A stretch of 64,000 nucleotides of DNA from a virus (taxonomy: Duplodnaviria > Caudoviricetes). The position numbers were made by a program, and so were the translations under genes. Under the pieces are notes generated by a model. That model saw nothing but the letters and a program-made list of their open reading frames with translations, was not told where the DNA came from and made no database searches. The stretch is from IMG/VR virus record IMGVR_UViG_2910441116_000002, positions 12,489-76,488 of that record; one strand, given 5' to 3'. This document shows, piece by piece, positions 49,572-57,198 of the stretch. The first letter of the stretch is position 1; each line of letters begins with the position of its first letter.

Positions 49572-49812
49572 CGGCTTTCGCCTGCGTTTAATTTTCGGAG
49601 GATGCTTCCGGCAAGGTTGCGACCCTAGCGCCGGAAGGCTTACGTCACTCCCGAGAAGCCTCCGCCCTACTTTCCTACGCTCACGAGGTACGATTTACGC
49701 GTGCCGGCGTCGCGACCTCGGCGAATATGTTGCGTAGGCGTCCGGGCTAGCCCCGAACCTTCAGGCGAAGACCTCTCGGGAATGGGCGGGGTAATCCCCG
49801 CCGGTTATTCCG
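49572..49812 (-). ncRNA. Highly structured intergenic RNA candidate
   Basis: 17-bp stem 49650-49666/49763-49779 with G-U pairs only on the minus strand, nested stems, flanking hairpins. Confidence 0.55.
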
Positions 49813-49840
49813 TTTTATAAAACCCGCGCAACCCGTTCGC

Positions 49841-50389
49841 TTATAGCACTCTAGCGAACCCCCGCGCTCTTACGACGTGCTCCCGCTGAGCCTCCGTCTT
49901 TTCTTCGGGCAAATCGGACAACCGCGCTTCCAACGCTTTTATCCGCGCCTGTACTACGATTTTTCTTTCCGGATTTCGTACGCGTTTAAGCTGCGCCTTT
50001 CGGTCGGCTAATTCCCGCTCTATTTTCGCCCGTAGGACGTTGAGCTGCCGGAGTGTGCGGTTTTGTGTGCGCTCGCTTGCTACGATTTGATGGCGGGCGA
50101 ATTGGCGTACAAGCTCGCGTGGTTTACCGGTCTCTTGCTGAGGATATACGCTAACAATCCGATCAACTTCCGGGTCGAGTATCAGCGTAATTTTATCTCG
50201 GGTAAACATGCGTAGCTTTCTGCCGTCTTCCTGCGTAATCCACGTAACAAATTCCGCATTCGCCATTTGTTTCCGGAACCATTTTTCCGCGTTGTTCGGA
50301 GCCACTTTAAACCGTTCTTGTGCGCGTTGTCGGGCGTGCTTGGTTACGGTTAAGTTGCCGGGGTTTATCGTCGTGCCTACTCCGTTCAT
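49841..50389 (-). CDS. DUF4258-like (HA..R..ER) domain plus coiled coil
   Basis: VTKHARQRAQERF...IVSVYP. Confidence 0.55.
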   Translation of the reverse strand: MNGVGTTINPGNLTVTKHARQRAQERFKVAPNNAEKWFRKQMANAEFVTWITQEDGRKLRMFTRDKITLILDPEVDRIVSVYPQQETGKPRELVRQFARHQIVASERTQNRTLRQLNVLRAKIERELADRKAQLKRVRNPERKIVVQARIKALEARLSDLPEEKTEAQREHVVRARGFARVL

Positions 50390-50605
50390 CCGACCCGCAC
50401 CGCCTTTATAGAAAATCCGTAATAATCTGCCGGATCTTCGTCCTCGGCTAGTGCGCCGTTGTAGACAACCTCCGGGAACTTTTGCGTTAGCTCGTTGCGT
50501 TCGAATTCCGCCTCTAGTTGCGTTAAAGACTCCGTTAAACCTTCGTTCAAATTTCGGTTCATTTTAACTCCGCCTTTCCGGCTCGCGGTCGCCTCTTACG
50601 CCCGT

Positions 50606-50734
50606 TCACAGTACGTGGAGAATAGCCGCTTGGAACAGGACTAACGTAATAGCCGCGAGCCATAGAATAATTTTATCGTTCAAATTTTCCGTCTTAATAT
50701 CGAAATAGTTTGATAATAATCGTATGATTTGCAT
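50606..50734 (-). CDS. 42-aa membrane peptide
   Basis: GGAGG RBS, MQIIRLL...ILWLAAITLVLFQAAIL. Confidence 0.5.
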   Translation of the reverse strand: MQIIRLLSNYFDIKTENLNDKIILWLAAITLVLFQAAILHVL

Positions 50735-50826
50735 GTTACCTCCGCCTTTCCGAACGGGTGTTCCTGTTGTCCGGTTTACTGGTTTAGCGTAAAATATAAA
50801 CGTAGAACAAGCTAGGCACTCGTATT

Positions 50827-51483
50827 TCAGCCGCACAGATAATCGCGGTATGAGTCGCCGAATTGACTGCTATCGTAATTTTTAGCGAGGTTGCGTAGCT
50901 TGCGCTTGATTCTACTGCGCTCAACCTTTACGACCTCCGCGATTGCCGTCGCGTTGAAGTCGCGTTTATAGGTTGTGTCGCTCAAGATTTCTCTTACTAT
51001 TAACGCGGTGGAGGAATCTGCATTTCGTACGAGGGAGTCTAGCAGTTGCCGCTGCTCGGCTTCCTTTTTTATTACGTAATTTTCCGGTGGTGCTTCGGGT
51101 TCTGCATCCGTATGTTGCTGGTGGATCCGGTCGAACGTTGCCGCGTCCGATTCGTCATCATTTCCGTATAGTAACGTTTCCTTATCACGTCGTTTCTTCG
51201 TCTTTCCAGCGATGCGTTTTCGTCCGTTTACGAGTATGACCGAGAAGTACGGTTCGAAATCGCCTTTCTCCGGTTCGTACGACGCGATTGCTTCGAGGAG
51301 CTTATCGTCCTGTAACGCGGTTATTTCGAGCTCGTCCACGTTGAACGATCGGGCGAGTTGGTACTCCTTGCCGAAGTACTTTTCCGAGATAGTCTGATAG
51401 ATTTCGTTGAAGTCCGAATCGCTTCGGCTCTCCTTGTACCTCATAACTAACTCATTTAATTGTTTGTGTTTACTCACGTTCAT
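50827..51483 (-). CDS. Phage sigma-70-like factor
   Basis: Region-2-like LV.RYK...FNEIY, LLEAIASYEPEKGDFEPYF; C-terminal HTH ATAIAEVVKVERSRIKRKL. Confidence 0.72.
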   Translation of the reverse strand: MNVSKHKQLNELVMRYKESRSDSDFNEIYQTISEKYFGKEYQLARSFNVDELEITALQDDKLLEAIASYEPEKGDFEPYFSVILVNGRKRIAGKTKKRRDKETLLYGNDDESDAATFDRIHQQHTDAEPEAPPENYVIKKEAEQRQLLDSLVRNADSSTALIVREILSDTTYKRDFNATAIAEVVKVERSRIKRKLRNLAKNYDSSQFGDSYRDYLCG

Positions 51484-51498
51484 TCCCCTTTCTGTTCT

Positions 51499-51680
51499 CT
51501 TAAAGTGTTATAGGGTGAGTTTGGAATAAGTGTGCTAGATTGTGTAAATTCTTTTTTTGTAATTTTAAATTCACCCGTGAGTGAACTGTTGAATCTACTA
51601 TATCAGACGTTTTCTAAAATAAAGGGGTGCTTTAACGTTTTCTCAAAATAAATTTTCCTTAAATTTCATACGTTGGAAAA
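51499..51680 (-). promoter_or_regulatory. Control region of the sigma gene
   Basis: TGnTATAGT -10 (51597-51605) with poor -35; ACGTTTTCT(C)AAAATAAA direct repeats (51607, 51635); TTCAC-N6-GTGAA (51570); AGCACAC-N16-CTATAAC motif (51499-51536). Confidence 0.6.
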
Positions 51681-51687
51681 AATGAGT

Positions 51688-51720
51688 AAAAAAAAAGCCC
51701 CGACCGGTTAAGTCAGGGTT
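51688..51720 (-). terminator. Terminator after aimP
   Basis: CCCTGAC-TTAACCG-GTCGGGG-CTTTTTTTTT. Confidence 0.75.
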
Positions 51721-51744
51721 CGACCGTACTTATTTAGTTTTAAA

Positions 51745-51897
51745 TCAACCGCCACCGCCACCGCGCCCAGGATCCTCCTGCCCTGCGATTGTAACTTCAC
51801 CTGATGTGACTTGCTTCCCTTGTTCTAAAGTAGACCCTGCGTAAGCACTCAGGATCACTGCGATTGATAAGAATGTAATTGTTAGTAAGCTTTTCAT
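51745..51897 (-). CDS. aimP: Arbitrium-type signalling pro-peptide (AimP-like), 50 aa, not in ORF track
   Basis: AGGAG RBS just after aimR; MKSLLTITFLSIAVILSAYAG signal peptide; C-terminus VTIAGQEDPGRGGGGG. Confidence 0.85.
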   Translation of the reverse strand: MKSLLTITFLSIAVILSAYAGSTLEQGKQVTSGEVTIAGQEDPGRGGGGG

Positions 51898-51911
51898 TTT
51901 TAACATCTCCT

Positions 51912-53045
51912 CTAATTTTGGTTAAGTAGGCTTTTAACGGCCTCTTTAAATTGTTCGTGTTTCAGCAACTCTCTGTACGGAAGTTGCGCGTAAAACATTT
52001 CGTTTAACTCTATAAATTTCCCTAGAGCTTTAAAGTGAATCATAGGGTCATTTTTAGCCACCCCTTCGTAGTAAATTCTGAAAGGTGTTTCCTCTAATTC
52101 ATCTAACATTTCTAGGGCTTTATCTGTCTCACCTCTTTTCGCCGCCATAAAAGCAAGTTCGGACTCTTGCGTTGTTCCGTTACCCTCCGTTAAATTAAGA
52201 CCCCAGTAAGTTTGGATAAAACGCTTAGTTCCACCCTCCCGTATATCCGCTACTTCTTGGCAACCTATTTTCCGAAGGATTTTTATGCTTTTACTCATGT
52301 ATTTTAGGGACTTATTCGCGTCCTCGAATATATATGAAGTCCCTATAATGTTATAGGAATCCGCTACAAACTTTGTGCCAATTTTACTAGAAATAACTTG
52401 CTTCGCATAAGATCTTGCAGTTTTTGGATCATTTCTAGAAAAAAGACTATCTATAGACCTAAGCTCTAATACCCTTATATTCAAACTTGATTTAAAATAA
52501 CTATCAGGAACCTCGGCCAGTTTTTCCTCGATCGTTTCGATTAAACGGGTAACTATTGATGATTCATATATATTATGATGGACGTTAGCTTCGATTATAT
52601 CAAGCAACACTTTTAATTCGACGTCTTTAATTTCATGAGATAAAATATAAATCCTTTGCAAAATGCTTTTGTAACTATCTGTCATCAGTTGAAAATTAAT
52701 GATTAACCTATAAACTTTGCACCAATCTAATAATTTATTTTCTCTCTCGCACCGATTTATAAGACTTTCTATCTCATCAAAACACCTGTTTGTTGAAAGG
52801 TATTCTAGGGAATACTTTATATTTTGGGAATTCCTTGACTCAGCACAAAATAATTTTACGAAATGTTCATCTCCATCAAACAGGGAATCCTTAGCATTCA
52901 TTACAGTTGGAAATTTTAGTTCTCTTCTATAATCTATGTAATTCGTGATAGTCCCACCGCTACACCCAATTAACTCAGCAGCGTATTTTTGAGTATAGCC
53001 TAACGTTTGTAAATGGTTTCCGAAAAAATCTCGAGCGCTAGTCAT
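51912..53045 (-). CDS. aimR: AimR-family HTH-TPR peptide receptor (RRNPP superfamily)
   Basis: 377 aa; N-terminal HTH; NIKYSLEYL, W.KVY, SYNIIGTSY, ESELAF helical repeats; followed by a secreted-peptide gene. Confidence 0.87.
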   Translation of the reverse strand: MTSARDFFGNHLQTLGYTQKYAAELIGCSGGTITNYIDYRRELKFPTVMNAKDSLFDGDEHFVKLFCAESRNSQNIKYSLEYLSTNRCFDEIESLINRCERENKLLDWCKVYRLIINFQLMTDSYKSILQRIYILSHEIKDVELKVLLDIIEANVHHNIYESSIVTRLIETIEEKLAEVPDSYFKSSLNIRVLELRSIDSLFSRNDPKTARSYAKQVISSKIGTKFVADSYNIIGTSYIFEDANKSLKYMSKSIKILRKIGCQEVADIREGGTKRFIQTYWGLNLTEGNGTTQESELAFMAAKRGETDKALEMLDELEETPFRIYYEGVAKNDPMIHFKALGKFIELNEMFYAQLPYRELLKHEQFKEAVKSLLNQN

Positions 53046-53061
53046 GTTTTTCCTCCTTTTG

Positions 53062-53123
53062 TTGATTTATCGACCGGATTAGGTTATAGTTAAATTGTAA
53101 ACGATATGTTTACTATTGTAAAT
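53062..53123. promoter_or_regulatory. Overlapping opposed promoters for aimR and xre with palindrome GTAAAC-N5-GTTTAC
   Basis: Plus TTGATT-N17-TATAGT; minus TTTACA-N17-TACAAT; palindrome at 53097-53113. Confidence 0.6.
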
Positions 53124-53149
53124 ACTTAATTTCCCGGGAGGAATATTTT

Positions 53150-53365
53150 ATGCAGGAATTCTCGATCGATTATTCTCCATTAATGCAAACCATGTACAGA
53201 AAGGGTGTTAATCTTAGTGACTTACGCGAAGAATTGCAGATAAGTTCCAAGACAACAGCTAAATTTAAGAAAAAAGAACCTATTAGTTTATTGGTAATTG
53301 GGAGGATTTGCGCATATTTAAACGTGAGCATAGAAAAAGTTGTTAATTTTGAGTTTCACGAATAG
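53150..53365 (+). CDS. Cro/C1-type HTH regulator
   Basis: IDYSPL..LREELQISSKTTAK..ISL.VI.RIC.YLNVSIEKVV. Confidence 0.85.
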   Translation: MQEFSIDYSPLMQTMYRKGVNLSDLREELQISSKTTAKFKKKEPISLLVIGRICAYLNVSIEKVVNFEFHE

Positions 53366-53456
53366 GGCATTTTATGTATAATGTAATTTGTAGTTAGATA
53401 AATTTTCCTATAGAAGAAAGCGAAGGAAATAGAAACATAATAAGGGAGAATTAAAT

Positions 53457-53669
53457 ATGGCGGTAAAATTCGGAAGATGCCGCCTTCGCGAAATATTGGC
53501 CGCAAACAACATGCGCCAGTATCAACTCGCCGAAAACTCCTCGAAATCCCAATCGGAAATAAGCGACTATATATCGTCCAGGAAACATCTATCGTACTTA
53601 ACCGCGGTGGAGTTTGCGCAAATAATCGGTTGCCACGCCGAAGATTTTTACGATTGGGAATGGGAGTAG
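53457..53669 (+). CDS. XRE-family HTH regulator
   Basis: GRCRLREIL..MRQYQLAE...ISDY...IGCHAEDFYDW. Confidence 0.85.
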   Translation: MAVKFGRCRLREILAANNMRQYQLAENSSKSQSEISDYISSRKHLSYLTAVEFAQIIGCHAEDFYDWEWE

Positions 53670-53726
53670 GATTCGGAAGTTGCGCGAGGGTTGCCCGGGG
53701 CTTCTACGCCCCTTGCCGCCATATAC

Positions 53727-53797
53727 TTCACTTATGAGTGAAGCGTAATATTCCGCCCTGCACCGTTCATTATATGTCATAATCGCCTCATATTCGA
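53727..53797 (-). promoter_or_regulatory. Promoter convergent on the xre genes plus TTCAC-N6-GTGAA operator
   Basis: TCGAAT-N17-TATAAT (53797-53769); TTCACTTATGAGTGAA at 53727-53742. Confidence 0.5.
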
Positions 53798-53864
53798 GGT
53801 ATTTTCCGCTATTTTCCTTCGTCAATTTGCGACAATTCTGTCGACGACCCCCGTAAACCACCGC

Positions 53865-54839
53865 TCATACTCCGAATGTTTTTAGGGGAAAACTGCGCCT
53901 TTCTACGCGCTTTAACTCCGCCAACCCTACGCCATCTACCCACGCCTCGTTCGCGTCCTTGTAGGGCGCAGGAATTCGTACGTCAGCCACCTGCGCATAT
54001 CCACGCAAACCCTCCGCCAACTGTTCCCGTAACTTCTCGCCCGCCGCGTCATTGTCGGTGCACAGCACGTATCTCTCCGCCGGTGCTTTCCGTAACAACG
54101 CGAGCTGCCGATCGCTCACCGTTGAGCTTCCGACCGCAATCGCGGCAACACCCGCCGACATCCAGGAGAGCGCGTCGATCTCTGCCTCCGTTATAACAAC
54201 CTCCGAAAGCTCCCGTTGATATACGATATGCAGTCCGAAGACTACGTTCCGGATAGGCTCCGCGCCTTTTACATACCAGAATCGTTTGTCGTCGCCTGTG
54301 CTCCGATATTTAGCGTTAGCAAGCGAATCATCAACGTGCCTCCACGGCAGAATAACCGCCTGCTTCTCCCCGTCATATCCTACGCCTAAATAGCGCTGGA
54401 CTTTCGGCGTGATTCCTCGGTTGGCCAAGTACGCGGATGACTCCGGCGTAAAAAACTCGGGCAAAACCGCCTTTTCACGTACGACCTTCATCCGCAATTG
54501 CGGGAGTTTTAATTCCGTTTCCTCCCCGCCGAACTCAAACGGAAGATATTGCGCGAGGAGGTAATCGGCCGTTTCTTCGTACGACTCACCGCGCAAGTAC
54601 GCGAGTAACTGCACGAAGCCACCTTTCGCATACTCCGGATCATCTGCGCCTCGGTCGCCCCAAGTGCCTGCGGATTCCCCGTCGAGGTTTACGTAGAAGG
54701 ACGGTAAATGATCGGGACGGAACGGCGATTGTGCGCGGAGTTGGTCGTCCGCCCATTGTGCGCGGCCCCATTCGTAGTTTTCGAGTTCTGTGCGGATATC
54801 GACGTCAACTTGGCGGCCGGCTACGTTAATTGTCGGCAT
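53865..54839 (-). CDS. DNA primase (TOPRIM)
   Basis: SPFRPD..PSF, YLANRGI, ITEAEIDALS, TDNDAAGE, YKDANE. Confidence 0.9.
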   Translation of the reverse strand: MPTINVAGRQVDVDIRTELENYEWGRAQWADDQLRAQSPFRPDHLPSFYVNLDGESAGTWGDRGADDPEYAKGGFVQLLAYLRGESYEETADYLLAQYLPFEFGGEETELKLPQLRMKVVREKAVLPEFFTPESSAYLANRGITPKVQRYLGVGYDGEKQAVILPWRHVDDSLANAKYRSTGDDKRFWYVKGAEPIRNVVFGLHIVYQRELSEVVITEAEIDALSWMSAGVAAIAVGSSTVSDRQLALLRKAPAERYVLCTDNDAAGEKLREQLAEGLRGYAQVADVRIPAPYKDANEAWVDGVGLAELKRVERRSFPLKTFGV

Positions 54840-55326
54840 GTTTAACCCTCCTTAAAATCTGCAGTAAACTCCTTACATAGTAGTCCTTTATATCATGATT
54901 TCTAATCTGTTTATCTATATGCGCATTTCCTGTACGGTTTCCAATAACCAACCCTCTTGCGTATCTCCAAGGGTGCTCCTCTTTAACAATATTCTCGATC
55001 TTTCTGTGATTCATATGTCCATATAACTTCCACACAAGTTTCAATATATCTTTTGTTCTTTCGTCAGGGAATTTTCTAACTTCACTGGACGTTAATGGTT
55101 TCTGTATGCTGTCAAACCCATAACTTCTATAGTAGTCGAATAACTCTTTGCAATATGGCCCGTGTATTGCTGCGTAAAATTTTTCTTTTACCAAAGGTTT
55201 GTCAGTTACAGCTAAATGATAAGCATGTGCGTAGAATACGAGCTTTTGCATTTTTAGATTACTAATACGTTTTTGCGAGTCTGACATATCGAGGAAAATT
55301 TGAGAAACCTCCACAGCGCTTAGTAT
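54826..55326 (-). CDS. Panacea (DUF4065/SocA-like) antitoxin-domain protein
   Basis: ISNLKMQKLVFYAH, F.A..HGP, VW..YG, E.PW, I.N.DIKDYY. Confidence 0.82.
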   Translation of the reverse strand: MLSAVEVSQIFLDMSDSQKRISNLKMQKLVFYAHAYHLAVTDKPLVKEKFYAAIHGPYCKELFDYYRSYGFDSIQKPLTSSEVRKFPDERTKDILKLVWKLYGHMNHRKIENIVKEEHPWRYARGLVIGNRTGNAHIDKQIRNHDIKDYYVRSLLQILRRVKHADN

Positions 55327-55338
55327 ATTGATCCCTCC

Positions 55339-55518
55339 CTAGAAAAGTTTAGATATTTCTTTTTTGTAAGAATGTACAATTTCTCCGTTTTTCCACTCCT
55401 TTACGAAAAGACAACTTACCCCGTAATCAGTAGGCGAAAGTTCTCTTACCTTACCTATATCGTTTGTTTCGTAAACTGTTTTTCTGACATTTCCGACTTC
55501 AATTTCTATACTATACAT
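55339..55518 (-). CDS. 59-aa hypothetical protein, not in ORF track
   Basis: AGGAGG RBS; MYSIEIEVGNVRKTVYETND...KEWKNGEIV. Confidence 0.55.
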   Translation of the reverse strand: MYSIEIEVGNVRKTVYETNDIGKVRELSPTDYGVSCLFVKEWKNGEIVHSYKKEISKLF

Positions 55519-55535
55519 TTAATATTCCTCCTAAT

Positions 55536-55697
55536 TTAAACAAAAATATAAACAAAGAAAGCAAACCCGGAACATATACCTGAAAACATCCCCATAGCAC
55601 ATCTTGTCAGTCCTTCCGACCCCTCTGTTTCATCGTACTTATTTGCTCCCTTAATACATACCCACCAAAAGAAGATTGAAAGTAACAGAAACACCAT
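55536..55697 (-). CDS. 53-aa two-TM peptide, not in ORF track
   Basis: GAGAGG RBS; MVFLLLSIFFWWVCI...SGFAFFVYIFV. Confidence 0.5.
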   Translation of the reverse strand: MVFLLLSIFFWWVCIKGANKYDETEGSEGLTRCAMGMFSGICSGFAFFVYIFV

Positions 55698-55710
55698 CCT
55701 AACCTCTCCC

Positions 55711-57066
55711 TTAAAATACCTTCGTAAACTGATCGGCTGCCAACGCTCCCATTTCGATTTCCTTAATCACGCCAACCTGCGGCAAATACGTAATCTCGTT
55801 AAACTCGCCCTCACCTCCGTCTCTTCCTTTATTAATGCCGACTAAGCCTCGCCCTTCACGGTAATTCGTATCAATCGCGATGAGTAACCGCCCGTACTGC
55901 ATGAGTGCCTTCGTCTTCGATACGTCCTTACGCTTCGGTAAATCGAGCTCGCGGTTTCCGTCGTCGTCCGTCTGCTCGTCCGTTTCGTCCGCCTGAGTGA
56001 TCGCAAATATAACCGTCTTCGTTTTACCGGCCAACCTACGTAGATACTTTGTCGTATTCGCTGCGTCGCCTCCTGCGGTCTTAGACGTATTCTTCTCGTA
56101 ATCTAAGTCGTAAAAAGGGTCGATAACCACGACGTCGACATCGTTCTTTATGATTTCCGACTCCAACTGGCGCATGTCTTTACGGTGAAAGTCCTCGTCA
56201 TCAACTCCCCTTACGACGATATTACCGGCAAGCGTTTCGTTAATCGAGTCGATAAAGTCGAAGAATGCCCGCTCGAAGTCCTCGGTAAGCGAGCCTTGCG
56301 AAATTCCTTGCGTCTCAAATCCTGCGTCGAAATTAACGCCGTTGAATTCCGTCTTCATAATCGACTGATCGGCGGAGTAGTACGAGAACAGGCGCACCAT
56401 GACCTCGAACCACCCCATTTCCATCGACCATATAAGCACGTTAGCGCCCTGCTCCGCCATATATAACGCTTCTTTCGTCGTAATGGCGGACTTCCCACGC
56501 CCTGACTTTCCGTAAGGTACGTAGACGTTTCCTGAGATATATCCGCCGCCTACGTTATTGATTACGGAGAAATTCGATTTCCATATCGTAAAGGAGTCGC
56601 CAGCCTTACGAGCGAGATATTCGTCCTTCACCTTCTGCGTGTCCCGTTTGATGTCCGTTCCCTCTTTATCCCGAACGCTTGTTCCCATTTTAATATCTTC
56701 GAGCTTCGATTGCAAGTACTCAACTAACTCCGTACCTTTACGCTGATTGAGGATATCGTTCGCTTCTTCGCTGCCTGTTAAGCGCATAACCTCGCGGATC
56801 GCCGTCTCTTCTTTCGCATATTTGGCGTAATGCCGGAAGGAGTCTACGCAACCTTCGCGGTAGTTGAAGTCCGGATTATTTTCGATGGTTGTGCGCAACG
56901 ACGGCGCCTGACCTCCGTTTTCATGCGCGTATTCCTGGATGAATTCGAGGGCTTTCCGCTCGCCTTCCGTCGGGGCATCGTTTGAGGTGAGCGCGTGTTC
57001 CGTGATGGGTCTTGCAGACCCGGCGTCGATTACTTTCGATAGAAACTTCTCGAAGTGTTGCGCCAT
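55711..57066 (-). CDS. DnaB-like replicative helicase
   Basis: GKSGRGKS, WSMEM, VVIDPF, AITQA, KGRDGG. Confidence 0.9.
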   Translation of the reverse strand: MAQHFEKFLSKVIDAGSARPITEHALTSNDAPTEGERKALEFIQEYAHENGGQAPSLRTTIENNPDFNYREGCVDSFRHYAKYAKEETAIREVMRLTGSEEANDILNQRKGTELVEYLQSKLEDIKMGTSVRDKEGTDIKRDTQKVKDEYLARKAGDSFTIWKSNFSVINNVGGGYISGNVYVPYGKSGRGKSAITTKEALYMAEQGANVLIWSMEMGWFEVMVRLFSYYSADQSIMKTEFNGVNFDAGFETQGISQGSLTEDFERAFFDFIDSINETLAGNIVVRGVDDEDFHRKDMRQLESEIIKNDVDVVVIDPFYDLDYEKNTSKTAGGDAANTTKYLRRLAGKTKTVIFAITQADETDEQTDDDGNRELDLPKRKDVSKTKALMQYGRLLIAIDTNYREGRGLVGINKGRDGGEGEFNEITYLPQVGVIKEIEMGALAADQFTKVF

Positions 57067-57198
57067 TTAGTTTCCTCCTTCGTCGTTAATTTGTTCAGCC
57101 TCGCTTCCGTCTTTTCCTCCGCAAATCCACCGCATATACCCACGCCTGTATGACCGCCTGTGCCGTTAGGACGGCGATTATTACCGCAATCACCCCGA

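Noticed and set aside
49572-49812. Cobalamin riboswitch or hammerhead/HDV ribozyme
   Set aside because: B12-box and CUGANGA/GAAA cores are not properly present; left as an unassigned structure
53097-53113. LexA box in the aimR promoter
   Set aside because: AAAC-N5-GTTT does not fit GAAC-N4-GTTC; treated as a phage operator
53598-53861. 87-aa minus-strand ORF between primase and xre
   Set aside because: Overlaps xre, has no motif, and the region is better explained as promoter and operator DNA
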